NCBI GenBank assembly: GCA_030681135.1 | Contig: JAUXXF010000033.1 | Coordinates: forward strand, 8,176 to 72,175 | Reading direction: 5' to 3' | Length of the DNA stretch: 64,000 bases | From: Chlamydiales bacterium | Lineage (GTDB): Bacteria > Chlamydiota > Chlamydiia > Chlamydiales > SM23-39 | Shown: positions 9,939 to 17,520 of the stretch, one piece after another | How the letters are laid out: each line of letters opens with the position of its first letter | Position numbering within the stretch: the first letter of the stretch is position 1 | Made by a program: the position numbers and the translations under genes | The notes under the pieces: model-generated | What the model saw: the letters and a program-made list of their open reading frames with translations, nothing else | Database searches by the model: none | Told to the model about the DNA's origin: nothing

Positions 9939-10316
9939 TTACAGAAAAACAGGAAACGCTATGTCGATTTTATAGCTTGGATCTGAAGAAAAAAAAGATT
10001 CAAAATCAAAAAGCAGGTCAATATAAATTTTTCTTTCCTCCTTAGATTCTTTAAACGGAAGTTCTTCATGCAATATCAGAATTTTTCTTTTATGAAAATT
10101 CTTTAAATCGCACAAGCAATCATAAAATGCATCCCAATTTTCACCAAAATATATAGGAAATTGTAGTTTAGAAGAAAAGATCTCAAAGAGCTCTTCCTTT
10201 CTTTTAACACCCTTTTTAACGCATATAACTAAATCGCATTCCTTAGAATTTATTTCTTCTTTTTTCGAATAAAACAAAAACATATATTTCTTCTGTTTAG
10301 TTTTGTTACATGCCAT
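9939..10316 (-). CDS. Barstar-like RNase-inhibitor / immunity protein (orphan)
   Basis: 125 aa. The segment LQFPIYFGENWDAFYDCLCDL matches the barstar core [21 protein letters not shown]. It is the last gene of the immunity array downstream of the RHS toxin. Confidence 0.7.
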   Translation of the reverse strand: MACNKTKQKKYMFLFYSKKEEINSKECDLVICVKKGVKRKEELFEIFSSKLQFPIYFGENWDAFYDCLCDLKNFHKRKILILHEELPFKESKEERKIYIDLLFDFESFFSSDPSYKIDIAFPVFL

Positions 10317-10568
10317 TCATTCATAAAGTTTTCCTCCCATAAGAATATCAGCAAAAACTTTCCAATTGGGTTTTTCTGGAATCGGCAAACCCTGATTTAT
10401 ATAGAATCCATCCATATCTTCTACCCAAGATACCATTGCCCCTAAAAATGTCTCGATATCTCTATTTTCCCAAGATGATAAATCTTCAATGTAATCTTTT
10501 TTGAGAGCTCTTAAAAAAGATGTAAAACCTTCTTTTGTTTGAATTTTTTCAAATTCAGAGTATTTCAT
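10317..10568 (-). CDS. Hypothetical small protein, putative orphan immunity protein
   Basis: 83-aa ORF abutting the barstar-like gene (its stop lies next to that gene's start). Only its position in the immunity array supports the call; it contains a ...SSWENRDIETFLGAMVSWVEDMD... motif. Confidence 0.45.
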   Translation of the reverse strand: MKYSEFEKIQTKEGFTSFLRALKKDYIEDLSSWENRDIETFLGAMVSWVEDMDGFYINQGLPIPEKPNWKVFADILMGGKLYE

Positions 10569-10621
10569 TGAGATAACTTTGTATTAAATCAATCATAAAT
10601 TGCAAAAGCTGTTGCTGATGA

Positions 10622-10948
10622 TTATTCATCATAACTTAAAATACTATCACCTGTTAATTGTAAAAAACACCTTCCTGGTTGTCCGTCATGGATGATTTCA
10701 AGACTTTTTTTCTTCGCATCTAAAACTCTGATTTGAGAACATTTTTTCATATTCACACTTGCAACTGCTACGTCAGAATGATTACAAACAAGCACCCCAA
10801 CATAACATTCATAGATAGAAAATGATAGAGTTACAATTAAACCATCTGCGCGAGTAACTCTAAACCAATAGACGCCTTGTTCTTCATCAGTAGGAGGCGT
10901 TAAAAGTTCATCAAATATAATGAGCAATTCAGTAATATCGACTTTCAT
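10622..10948 (-). CDS. Hypothetical protein, putative orphan immunity protein (intact copy of duplicated cassette)
   Basis: The track ORF extends to 11050. The ATG at 10948 (MKVDITELL...) is preceded by GGAGGA, and the duplicated copy begins at the same point. No family recognised. Confidence 0.55.
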   Translation of the reverse strand: MKVDITELLIIFDELLTPPTDEEQGVYWFRVTRADGLIVTLSFSIYECYVGVLVCNHSDVAVASVNMKKCSQIRVLDAKKKSLEIIHDGQPGRCFLQLTGDSILSYDE

Positions 10949-11039
10949 TGTCCTCCAGGAATAATTGTTATGCTGGTATTTACAAAAAATTAATTCGCAA
11001 TCTCTTGACCATGTTCTAGATGCTGGAGAGTCAATTATT

Positions 11040-11327
11040 TTAATTTTCATTATTTTTTACTTCTAAAAGAAATTCCTTCATTTTAAAAAGTTCTTCTATA
11101 GCTTTGTGTTGTTCAATATTATTACCCTGAACAACACGACGTATCTCGAGTGGTGTCCAAAAATCATACCATCGATTAATAAGAACATTGTCTTGAATTT
11201 CAGAATTATCCAAGGCACCTTCAAGCTGGCCTACCAAACCACAAAAGTCATTAGTTTCTTCATTGAGATAACTTTGTATTAAATCAATCATACTCTGCCA
11301 AATTCGTTGTTGATGATTATTGATCAT
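11040..11327 (-). CDS. Hypothetical small protein, putative orphan immunity protein
   Basis: 95-aa ORF (MINNHQQRIWQSMIDLIQSYLNEE...). It overlaps the upstream pseudogene stop by 11 nt. A remnant of its N-terminus recurs at 10555-10629. Confidence 0.5.
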   Translation of the reverse strand: MINNHQQRIWQSMIDLIQSYLNEETNDFCGLVGQLEGALDNSEIQDNVLINRWYDFWTPLEIRRVVQGNNIEQHKAIEELFKMKEFLLEVKNNEN

Positions 11328-11643
11328 ACATCAAAATACTATCACCTGTTAATTGTAAAAAACACCTTCCTGGTTGTCCGCCACGAATAATTTCAAGATT
11401 TTTTTTCTTCTCATCTAAAACTCTGATTTCAGAGCATTTTTTTATACGCACGCTTGTGATTGCTACATCCGCATTATTACCAATAAGCACACTGACATAA
11501 CATTCATAGATAGAAAATAATAGGGTTACTACTAAACCATCAACACAGGTTGCTTCAAACCAATACACCCCCAGTTATTCATCCGTGGGTGGCGTTAAAA
11601 GCTTATCAAATACGATAAGTAATTGGGTAATATCGACTTTCAT
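11317..11643 (-). pseudogene. Disrupted duplicate of the 10622-10948 gene (in-frame TAA at codon 23)
   Basis: It has the same SD plus ATG (cat at 11641-11643) and the same MKVDITQLLIVFDKLLTPPTDE start. TAA at 11575-11577 replaces the Glu codon of the intact copy. The remainder (YWFEATCVDGLVVTLLFSIYECYVSVLIG...) stays colinear. Confidence 0.7.
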
Positions 11644-11712
11644 TGTCCTCCAGGAATAATTGTTATGCTGGCATTTACAAAAAATCAAAATTTTCAATGA
11701 AAGTGTTTAACA

Positions 11713-12024
11713 CTATTGGTCACAGATTTTTATCACTTGCCCATTTGCAACTTCTTTACCTTCCAATAAAGTTATATTCTTTCCAACAGCCAGATTTGGC
11801 AGCGCTAAATCTTTATCTAAAAATTTCACCGGAATTTCATAATACTTTCCTAATTCTATCTCCTTATCTCCAATTAATAAGCGACAGTCATATATTTTTC
11901 CATCAACCATCAAGGGACATCCATAAAAGTCTGGGCCTAACGTTGTCTTGCGTTTCAAAGACGTTTTACGCCCGCCTTCCTCGCTTGTCTTAAATCTTAC
12001 TCTAATATAAATATCAGGTTTCAT
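11713..12024 (-). CDS. Putative cognate immunity protein of the RHS toxin; EF-Tu domain III-like beta-barrel
   Basis: 103-aa ORF starting 10 nt after the RHS stop. The sequence ...KTSEEGGRKTS...PDFYG...ELGKYYEIPVKFLDKDLALPNLAVGKNITLLEGKEVANGQVIKI parallels EF-Tu domain III ([18 protein letters not shown]...[40 protein letters not shown]). Confidence 0.6.
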   Translation of the reverse strand: MKPDIYIRVRFKTSEEGGRKTSLKRKTTLGPDFYGCPLMVDGKIYDCRLLIGDKEIELGKYYEIPVKFLDKDLALPNLAVGKNITLLEGKEVANGQVIKICDQ

Positions 12025-12034
12025 TTAAATCTCC

Positions 12035-12829
12035 TTATTTAGGAATTGTCATCCAAGTAATAATTTCAGGAATTAATCCTTCTAGGTTTCTATCATGAAT
12101 TACCCATGCAGGGATTCCTCCATCAACAAGGGTAGGCGGTATTCCATTAAGAATATTATTTGGCACTTGTGTTCTAACTAAAGTATACGGAGGATCGCCA
12201 AATCCTATTACAGCTTGTCTCGCATAAGAAGAAGCTCCTTCAATAGATGAAGTAAAATATTTTCCTTCTGCATCTCCTAAGTTACGGAAAATTCCTGTTT
12301 TTTGTATGTCTACAAGCTCTGCAGGTTGTACTACTCGATATAACGTTGTCTGAGATCCTTGCGTAGGTAAACGAAAATAAGGAAACGCGGCTAATTGACT
12401 TGTACGAATGGCAGCAGTGCCGCCCATGCTACCAACTATACTGAGGCCATTATCGATTAATCCCGCTACATAAGGCGAAAACCCCATTTCTTGCAATAGT
12501 TGGGAAGTGACGCTATCCTCCAAACTTCCTGCAAAAACTAGATTCATACCAGTGAAAAATTGATCAAGGCCATGAGCCATTACAAGGCAACCAAGAGGAG
12601 CTGCAACGCCTCCAGAAACAAACGTCATCCCTCCGCCAATACTCGCTTCTACAAGTCCGTTAAACGCTTGCATTGAGCCTTGAAAGTGGGGATTACTGAG
12701 AAAACCCATCCCAAGCGAACTTCCGACATCCCCTCCTCTTTTACAATCTCGATGTCGTTCGCAATGGCAATGGGGTTCATACTCGCCATAGAAGTACTTA
12801 GAAAATTCGTCACCATTAGTTTCAGAAGC
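12035..12829 (-). other. RHS C-terminal variable region (264 aa after DYFGL): Gly-rich hydrophobic pre-toxin segment plus ~105-aa unassigned toxin domain
   Basis: The region starts at ASETNGDEF. immediately after the conserved ..DYFGL boundary. It contains LDQFFTGMNLVF (reminiscent of the pre-toxin TG module). The terminal domain is TLYRVVQPAELVDIQKTGIFRNLGDAEGKYFTSSIEGASSYARQA... Confidence 0.6.
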
Positions 12830-15800
12830 GAGCCCAAAATAGTCTACGAATGTGAGAGGGTTATTGCGACAAAATCGATAAAGATTGGGATCGTCTAGGC
12901 TTCCCAGCGGATCGGGAGATATCCATCGACCCGTTTTAGGATCGTAGTAACGCTTGCCAAAGTAGATGAGCCCTGTTTCCTGATCGATGCGTTTGAGTTT
13001 GTATCTCCACGGATTTCCAATAGCAGAGTCGGCAATCTTCTTGCCTCTTTGATTGAACATCTCTTCTTCGCCAAAAGCAGAGTAACGATAGCTTTCTACT
13101 ATTTCACGTCGCTCAGGATCAACAAGACAAGAAACATTACCTTGGATGTCATAAAGAGGAACATAAGGCTCTTTTTTGATTTCGATGGCAATACAAGATG
13201 AGGGTTCTGGGTCATTTGGATTACCAGGAACCTTCAGCTCAAGGATATTCCCCTTCTCGTCAAGGCAGCCTAATTCTGTCTGTCCAAGATAAAAGTAACG
13301 ATATATCTTTGGTTTTTTACCTTTAGCTTCGACTTTCTTTGAGAGACGCTTCCCATTTAAATCATAGGTAAGGGCGATAGCTGTTTGATGAGGATCTTGA
13401 ATGGAGAGAAGATGGCCTAGAGGGCTCGTTTGAAAATTCCAAGTTTTTCCGAAAGCTGTCTTGATTTCTAAATGTCCCATGGGATTGAAGGAGAAAATCT
13501 CACCGCCTGCTTCCAACGTCTGATTTAAATCATTCGTTTTATAGGAAAGCCGATTTCCTAGAGAGTCGTAGGAATATGTATGTTCTTTTTCCCCTTTTTC
13601 AGAGATAAGCTCATGAAGAGCATTATATTCATACTCAGCGCTATGCGCTTGGCCATCTAAAGTTAAGGTTTTCTTCTTGATATTGTGGAAAAGGTCATAC
13701 CCACCTTCTGGCACTTCATCCGAAAGGAAATCAGTAAAAATCCCAGTTCTTCTACCAGCTTTATTCCAAGTTTGCTTTCTTTCGCCGACATGTCCAACTA
13801 GAACTTCTTCGAGAATATGTCCCATCTGATCGCGAGAGGTAATGCGGTGATTGTACAGCTCTTTTTTCTCTTTAGACTGACGTGATATAGATTTAACGAA
13901 AGGCCCCTCATACGTATATTTGATGAGAGAACCGTCGGGCAGCTGGATGACTTCAATACACCCTTGACCGTCATATTCAAGCTTAACTTCATATGTGCCA
14001 AATTCATCTTTGATTTTTTCAGATTTGAGCTGATTATTTGGGCTTCTCTTATAATGAATTGTACGAGATTTTCCGAGCTTGATTTCTGTAATGTTCTGTT
14101 TATTGTCATAAGAGAGTTGATATGTTGTCTTTTTAGCCTCGTTTTCATCTTTATAGGAAATGGATTGCACATTTCCTTCAGGATCGTACCCGTAGGTAAT
14201 GGGCTCTTTTATTCCTGGTTTGGTTATATTAAGAAGAGCTCCATAAATATCGTATTCCCATGCAGTTGTCCTCTCTTCTGAGCTTCCGGCAGCTATTGCC
14301 CTTGATTTGAGCTTATCTGCTGCATAGGATTCTTGGGTTTTATATGTTCTTAAAAAGTTTCCGTTAGCGATAACATCATTTTTTTCCAAGCGAAGATTAC
14401 CTGCCGCATCAAAGAAAAATGCTGATTCAGCAAGAATCTGTCCCCTACGATCTTTCTTTATAGTTTTAGCTAAACGACCTGCAGGATCAAAAATTTCCTC
14501 TGTTTGAGAGCCTAAAGGGTCTGTTGTGATCCGTTTTAGAACCTTTTGACCCCATTCATTCATATAGAGATCTTCGTTTTCAATGTGAGTGATCGATCCA
14601 AAGGGATCTTTTATCTCTCGAAGATGCCCAAAATCATCATATTCGTATGTGGCGAGAATACTTTCCTGGTTTTGCGGATAGCCGATGATTTTTTGAAGCT
14701 GTCCCGCATGATGATAGATGCAGCGACTCTTTAAGAGGACTTTCCCTTGAGCATCTTCGGTTCTTTCTTCTATCACTCGATCCAAAAGATCTCGCTCTTT
14801 GACTTCAAGAGTAAACGTTTTGGCTGATTTCCATTTCTTGGCAGCATAAGCTCTTCCCAGAGAGTCGTAAAGAAATTCAGTTTTCTGATCTCCTTTAGTT
14901 AAAACGGAAAGGCGACCCGCCCCATCGTAGGCATAAGTCGTTATGGCCCCTTCTACGTCTTCATGGGAGATCACTTGGAAGGCGTCATATTCATAGTACT
15001 CTCTCTTAAATCCTTCCCTCTTTCCTTTACTTCCCCTCTCGTAATATTCTATGTGGGCAAGCCTCCCTTGGTAGTCATACTCAAAAATTCTGATGATTCC
15101 ATCTCGCCCAAGGTGCCGGTGAAGACTACCTTCTGGGTCATACTTAAATAATTCTTTCGTTCCATCGGGATAACTGATCGAAGCTGGACTCCCATGAACG
15201 GTATATGTTTTTTGAGTCACTCCTCCTGTGGGATCTGTCATGCTGAAAATAGATCCAAAAAGGTCATAGCTATAAGCATAAGAAGGTGTAATAGAAGAAT
15301 ATTCATCTGTCTGAACTTTAGGATAGCTCACAAAAATAATACGCCCGAGATCATCAGGAACATAGACCGTTTTATGGCCAAAATGATCTGTTTCGGAGGT
15401 TTTATTTCCTGCAGCATCGTAGGTATACAAAGTCTCGAAACAGTTGCCTTGACCATCTTTTTCCCTTGAGCAAATGAGGCGATTTTTTAAATCATACTGA
15501 TATTCAAAGGAGAGATTTGAATTGGACTGAACTATTGAAGTCAGATTTTGGTTGTCATCGTAAGTATAGCGGGTTTCATTTCCAAGAGGATCTGTTTCTA
15601 AAGAAAGCAATCCTTGTTCGTAGATTTTTTTTAGAGTATAGCGATGATCTCCTTTCGCATCATAAATCGCAATCGATTGAACATTTCCCTGGCGGTCAAA
15701 ACCAAATATCCTCTTTTTTAAAAGAATTTCCTGGCCTTTTTTGGGATCTAAATATTTTTCCTCAATCATCTCAGGAGCTCCTACATGAGGAAGCTCCTGT

Positions 15801-17443
15801 TTAGGAGTAATAATTGTCATTTGCCTTTCATAAATATCACAAGCAGATTCAAAATCTTCTTCATCTCCATCATCGACTACAGTCTGTATCAAAGCTCCAT
15901 CATCGTTATAAGAATAAAACCATCTCTTCTTGATTTTCTTTTTATCGAAAAGGAGTTTTTTAAGAAGAAGGTCAGTACCTTTTTTGTAATACAGTTTAAC
16001 GCTGCTGCCTTTATGATCCTTTTGGCTAATGATATCTATATCTTTGACTGAGCGACACGAGTAGTTTTTGGCATGAGATTTTTGATATGAGTAAGGAACT
16101 CCCTCTTCATTCAAGGCTAGAGACTGAAGACTGCTCCCTGTTAAATGGCCATATTCTTTCTCTCCAATAAGATGACCTTTACCGTTATATGTAAAGCTCT
16201 TGTAGTAATGGGTTGCTCCATTTCCGTCTTCTACAGATATTGCAATCAAATTTGAAGCATCTTGTTTTTTTCCCAAAAATTTCTTATGAACTCGATAAAG
16301 CTCTCCGCCCAAATATTGTTCTATTGCAGTCAGTTGAAATTCATCATTAAATCGATAGACAGATTTTTGAGTTAAAGGCCCATCTACTTGGGTAAAACCA
16401 GAGCCATCTTCTTCTGTAGTAAAGGCAAACCGGATACTGGCGTTATCACTGATCCCTGCAGGAGTTGTTAGGGATTTAACTTTATTCCTATTTGTCTCAT
16501 CAGAATAATAATCGACTTCTACAAACCGCCCTTCAGGCAAATCTTTTTTTATAAGAAGAGGATGATCATCTACCATTCGGTATTCATATTTTAAAGTAGG
16601 CTTATCAGATCGAATCACCTCAGATAAAAGAGGGAAATCTTGTTGAAAGTGATATTCGACAGTTTTATGATCACTGGTATCAATATGGATGATAGAGCCG
16701 TAGTGAATCTTGATCCAACTAAGAACCTTTTCTTCCGAAGCGTTTGTCATTTTGATCTGAGAAAGAGCTACTCCCTCGTATTCATAAAAAAGTTTGTTCC
16801 CGCTTGGGAGAATTTCCAGTTCTAGAAGATAAAGATCTGAGGAGGATGAGCTGGGTACATAAAATCTTTTCCCTCCAGAACTTAGGAAAAGCTCAAAACA
16901 GTTACTTTGAGCATCAAAATAGAGTTGGTTATTTTTGAGATTTGTCCAGGCATTAATATTCCCTCTAGCTGTGTTGGCAAGCCCCAAAAGACTATCTTCG
17001 ACATCGACTTTAAATAAAGAACGAACCTGAGGATTTGTCATATTTCGCCATCCAGAATAGGTCAAAATACTTCCCTCATTAGTCCCTATGAGAATGTGGG
17101 TGGAATCGAATTTCCCCTCTGAGGTCGTGTACGACTTAACATGGGTTTCTTTTTGAATGGACAAAAAACAGTGAGGATTAAATCGCCATCCCCCTAAAGA
17201 AGAGCATCCTAAAAGATGATCCCGGCTACTATAGTATCGAGCAAGGACAAGGGAATCAGGCCCTGGAAGAACAAGATCCACCTCATAATCTGAGTAATCG
17301 CCATAAATTGTACTGACATTTTCGACCAAACTTTCAGGATCGCTCTCTCGCGATCCTAAAGAGGCGTTATACAAAGAATGTTCACTCGCAGCAGCCTTAA
17401 ACAACCAAAAGAAAGCTAAAGTCAAACCCAGGAAATAGCGCAT
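12035..17443 (-). CDS. RHS/YD-repeat polymorphic toxin with N-terminal signal peptide and variable C-terminal toxin region
   Basis: 1802 aa with the signal-like N-terminus MRYFLGLTLAFFWLFKAAAS. It has many YD repeats (YTYDDNQNL, YTYDAAGNKTS, YAYDGAGRLS, YEYDDFGHL, YGYDPEGNV, YSYDSLGNRL). The core-end motif is GKRYYDPKTGRWISPDPLG...LYRFCRNNPLTFVDYFGL. Confidence 0.92.
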   Translation of the reverse strand: MRYFLGLTLAFFWLFKAAASEHSLYNASLGSRESDPESLVENVSTIYGDYSDYEVDLVLPGPDSLVLARYYSSRDHLLGCSSLGGWRFNPHCFLSIQKETHVKSYTTSEGKFDSTHILIGTNEGSILTYSGWRNMTNPQVRSLFKVDVEDSLLGLANTARGNINAWTNLKNNQLYFDAQSNCFELFLSSGGKRFYVPSSSSSDLYLLELEILPSGNKLFYEYEGVALSQIKMTNASEEKVLSWIKIHYGSIIHIDTSDHKTVEYHFQQDFPLLSEVIRSDKPTLKYEYRMVDDHPLLIKKDLPEGRFVEVDYYSDETNRNKVKSLTTPAGISDNASIRFAFTTEEDGSGFTQVDGPLTQKSVYRFNDEFQLTAIEQYLGGELYRVHKKFLGKKQDASNLIAISVEDGNGATHYYKSFTYNGKGHLIGEKEYGHLTGSSLQSLALNEEGVPYSYQKSHAKNYSCRSVKDIDIISQKDHKGSSVKLYYKKGTDLLLKKLLFDKKKIKKRWFYSYNDDGALIQTVVDDGDEEDFESACDIYERQMTIITPKQELPHVGAPEMIEEKYLDPKKGQEILLKKRIFGFDRQGNVQSIAIYDAKGDHRYTLKKIYEQGLLSLETDPLGNETRYTYDDNQNLTSIVQSNSNLSFEYQYDLKNRLICSREKDGQGNCFETLYTYDAAGNKTSETDHFGHKTVYVPDDLGRIIFVSYPKVQTDEYSSITPSYAYSYDLFGSIFSMTDPTGGVTQKTYTVHGSPASISYPDGTKELFKYDPEGSLHRHLGRDGIIRIFEYDYQGRLAHIEYYERGSKGKREGFKREYYEYDAFQVISHEDVEGAITTYAYDGAGRLSVLTKGDQKTEFLYDSLGRAYAAKKWKSAKTFTLEVKERDLLDRVIEERTEDAQGKVLLKSRCIYHHAGQLQKIIGYPQNQESILATYEYDDFGHLREIKDPFGSITHIENEDLYMNEWGQKVLKRITTDPLGSQTEEIFDPAGRLAKTIKKDRRGQILAESAFFFDAAGNLRLEKNDVIANGNFLRTYKTQESYAADKLKSRAIAAGSSEERTTAWEYDIYGALLNITKPGIKEPITYGYDPEGNVQSISYKDENEAKKTTYQLSYDNKQNITEIKLGKSRTIHYKRSPNNQLKSEKIKDEFGTYEVKLEYDGQGCIEVIQLPDGSLIKYTYEGPFVKSISRQSKEKKELYNHRITSRDQMGHILEEVLVGHVGERKQTWNKAGRRTGIFTDFLSDEVPEGGYDLFHNIKKKTLTLDGQAHSAEYEYNALHELISEKGEKEHTYSYDSLGNRLSYKTNDLNQTLEAGGEIFSFNPMGHLEIKTAFGKTWNFQTSPLGHLLSIQDPHQTAIALTYDLNGKRLSKKVEAKGKKPKIYRYFYLGQTELGCLDEKGNILELKVPGNPNDPEPSSCIAIEIKKEPYVPLYDIQGNVSCLVDPERREIVESYRYSAFGEEEMFNQRGKKIADSAIGNPWRYKLKRIDQETGLIYFGKRYYDPKTGRWISPDPLGSLDDPNLYRFCRNNPLTFVDYFGLASETNGDEFSKYFYGEYEPHCHCERHRDCKRGGDVGSSLGMGFLSNPHFQGSMQAFNGLVEASIGGGMTFVSGGVAAPLGCLVMAHGLDQFFTGMNLVFAGSLEDSVTSQLLQEMGFSPYVAGLIDNGLSIVGSMGGTAAIRTSQLAAFPYFRLPTQGSQTTLYRVVQPAELVDIQKTGIFRNLGDAEGKYFTSSIEGASSYARQAVIGFGDPPYTLVRTQVPNNILNGIPPTLVDGGIPAWVIHDRNLEGLIPEIITWMTIPK

Positions 17444-17444
17444 G

Positions 17445-17470
17445 GCCCCTCATCTTTTCATAAGAGGGGC
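17445..17470 (-). promoter_or_regulatory. GC-rich hairpin overlapping the Shine-Dalgarno region of the RHS gene
   Basis: On the minus strand the sequence reads gcccctc-ttatgaaaagat-gaggggc-c-ATG. The 7-bp stem's 3' arm (GAGGGG) is the only SD-like sequence before the start codon at 17443. Confidence 0.35.
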
Positions 17471-17520
17471 GAATCATATCAAATTGATTTTTTTTTGATG
17501 TAGAAATTTCAAAATAATTT

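Noticed and set aside
11643-11993. 116-aa plus-strand ORF overlapping the EF-Tu-D3-like immunity gene.
   Set aside because: It is antisense to a better-supported ORF that is positioned directly after the toxin stop, and its own sequence is of low complexity.
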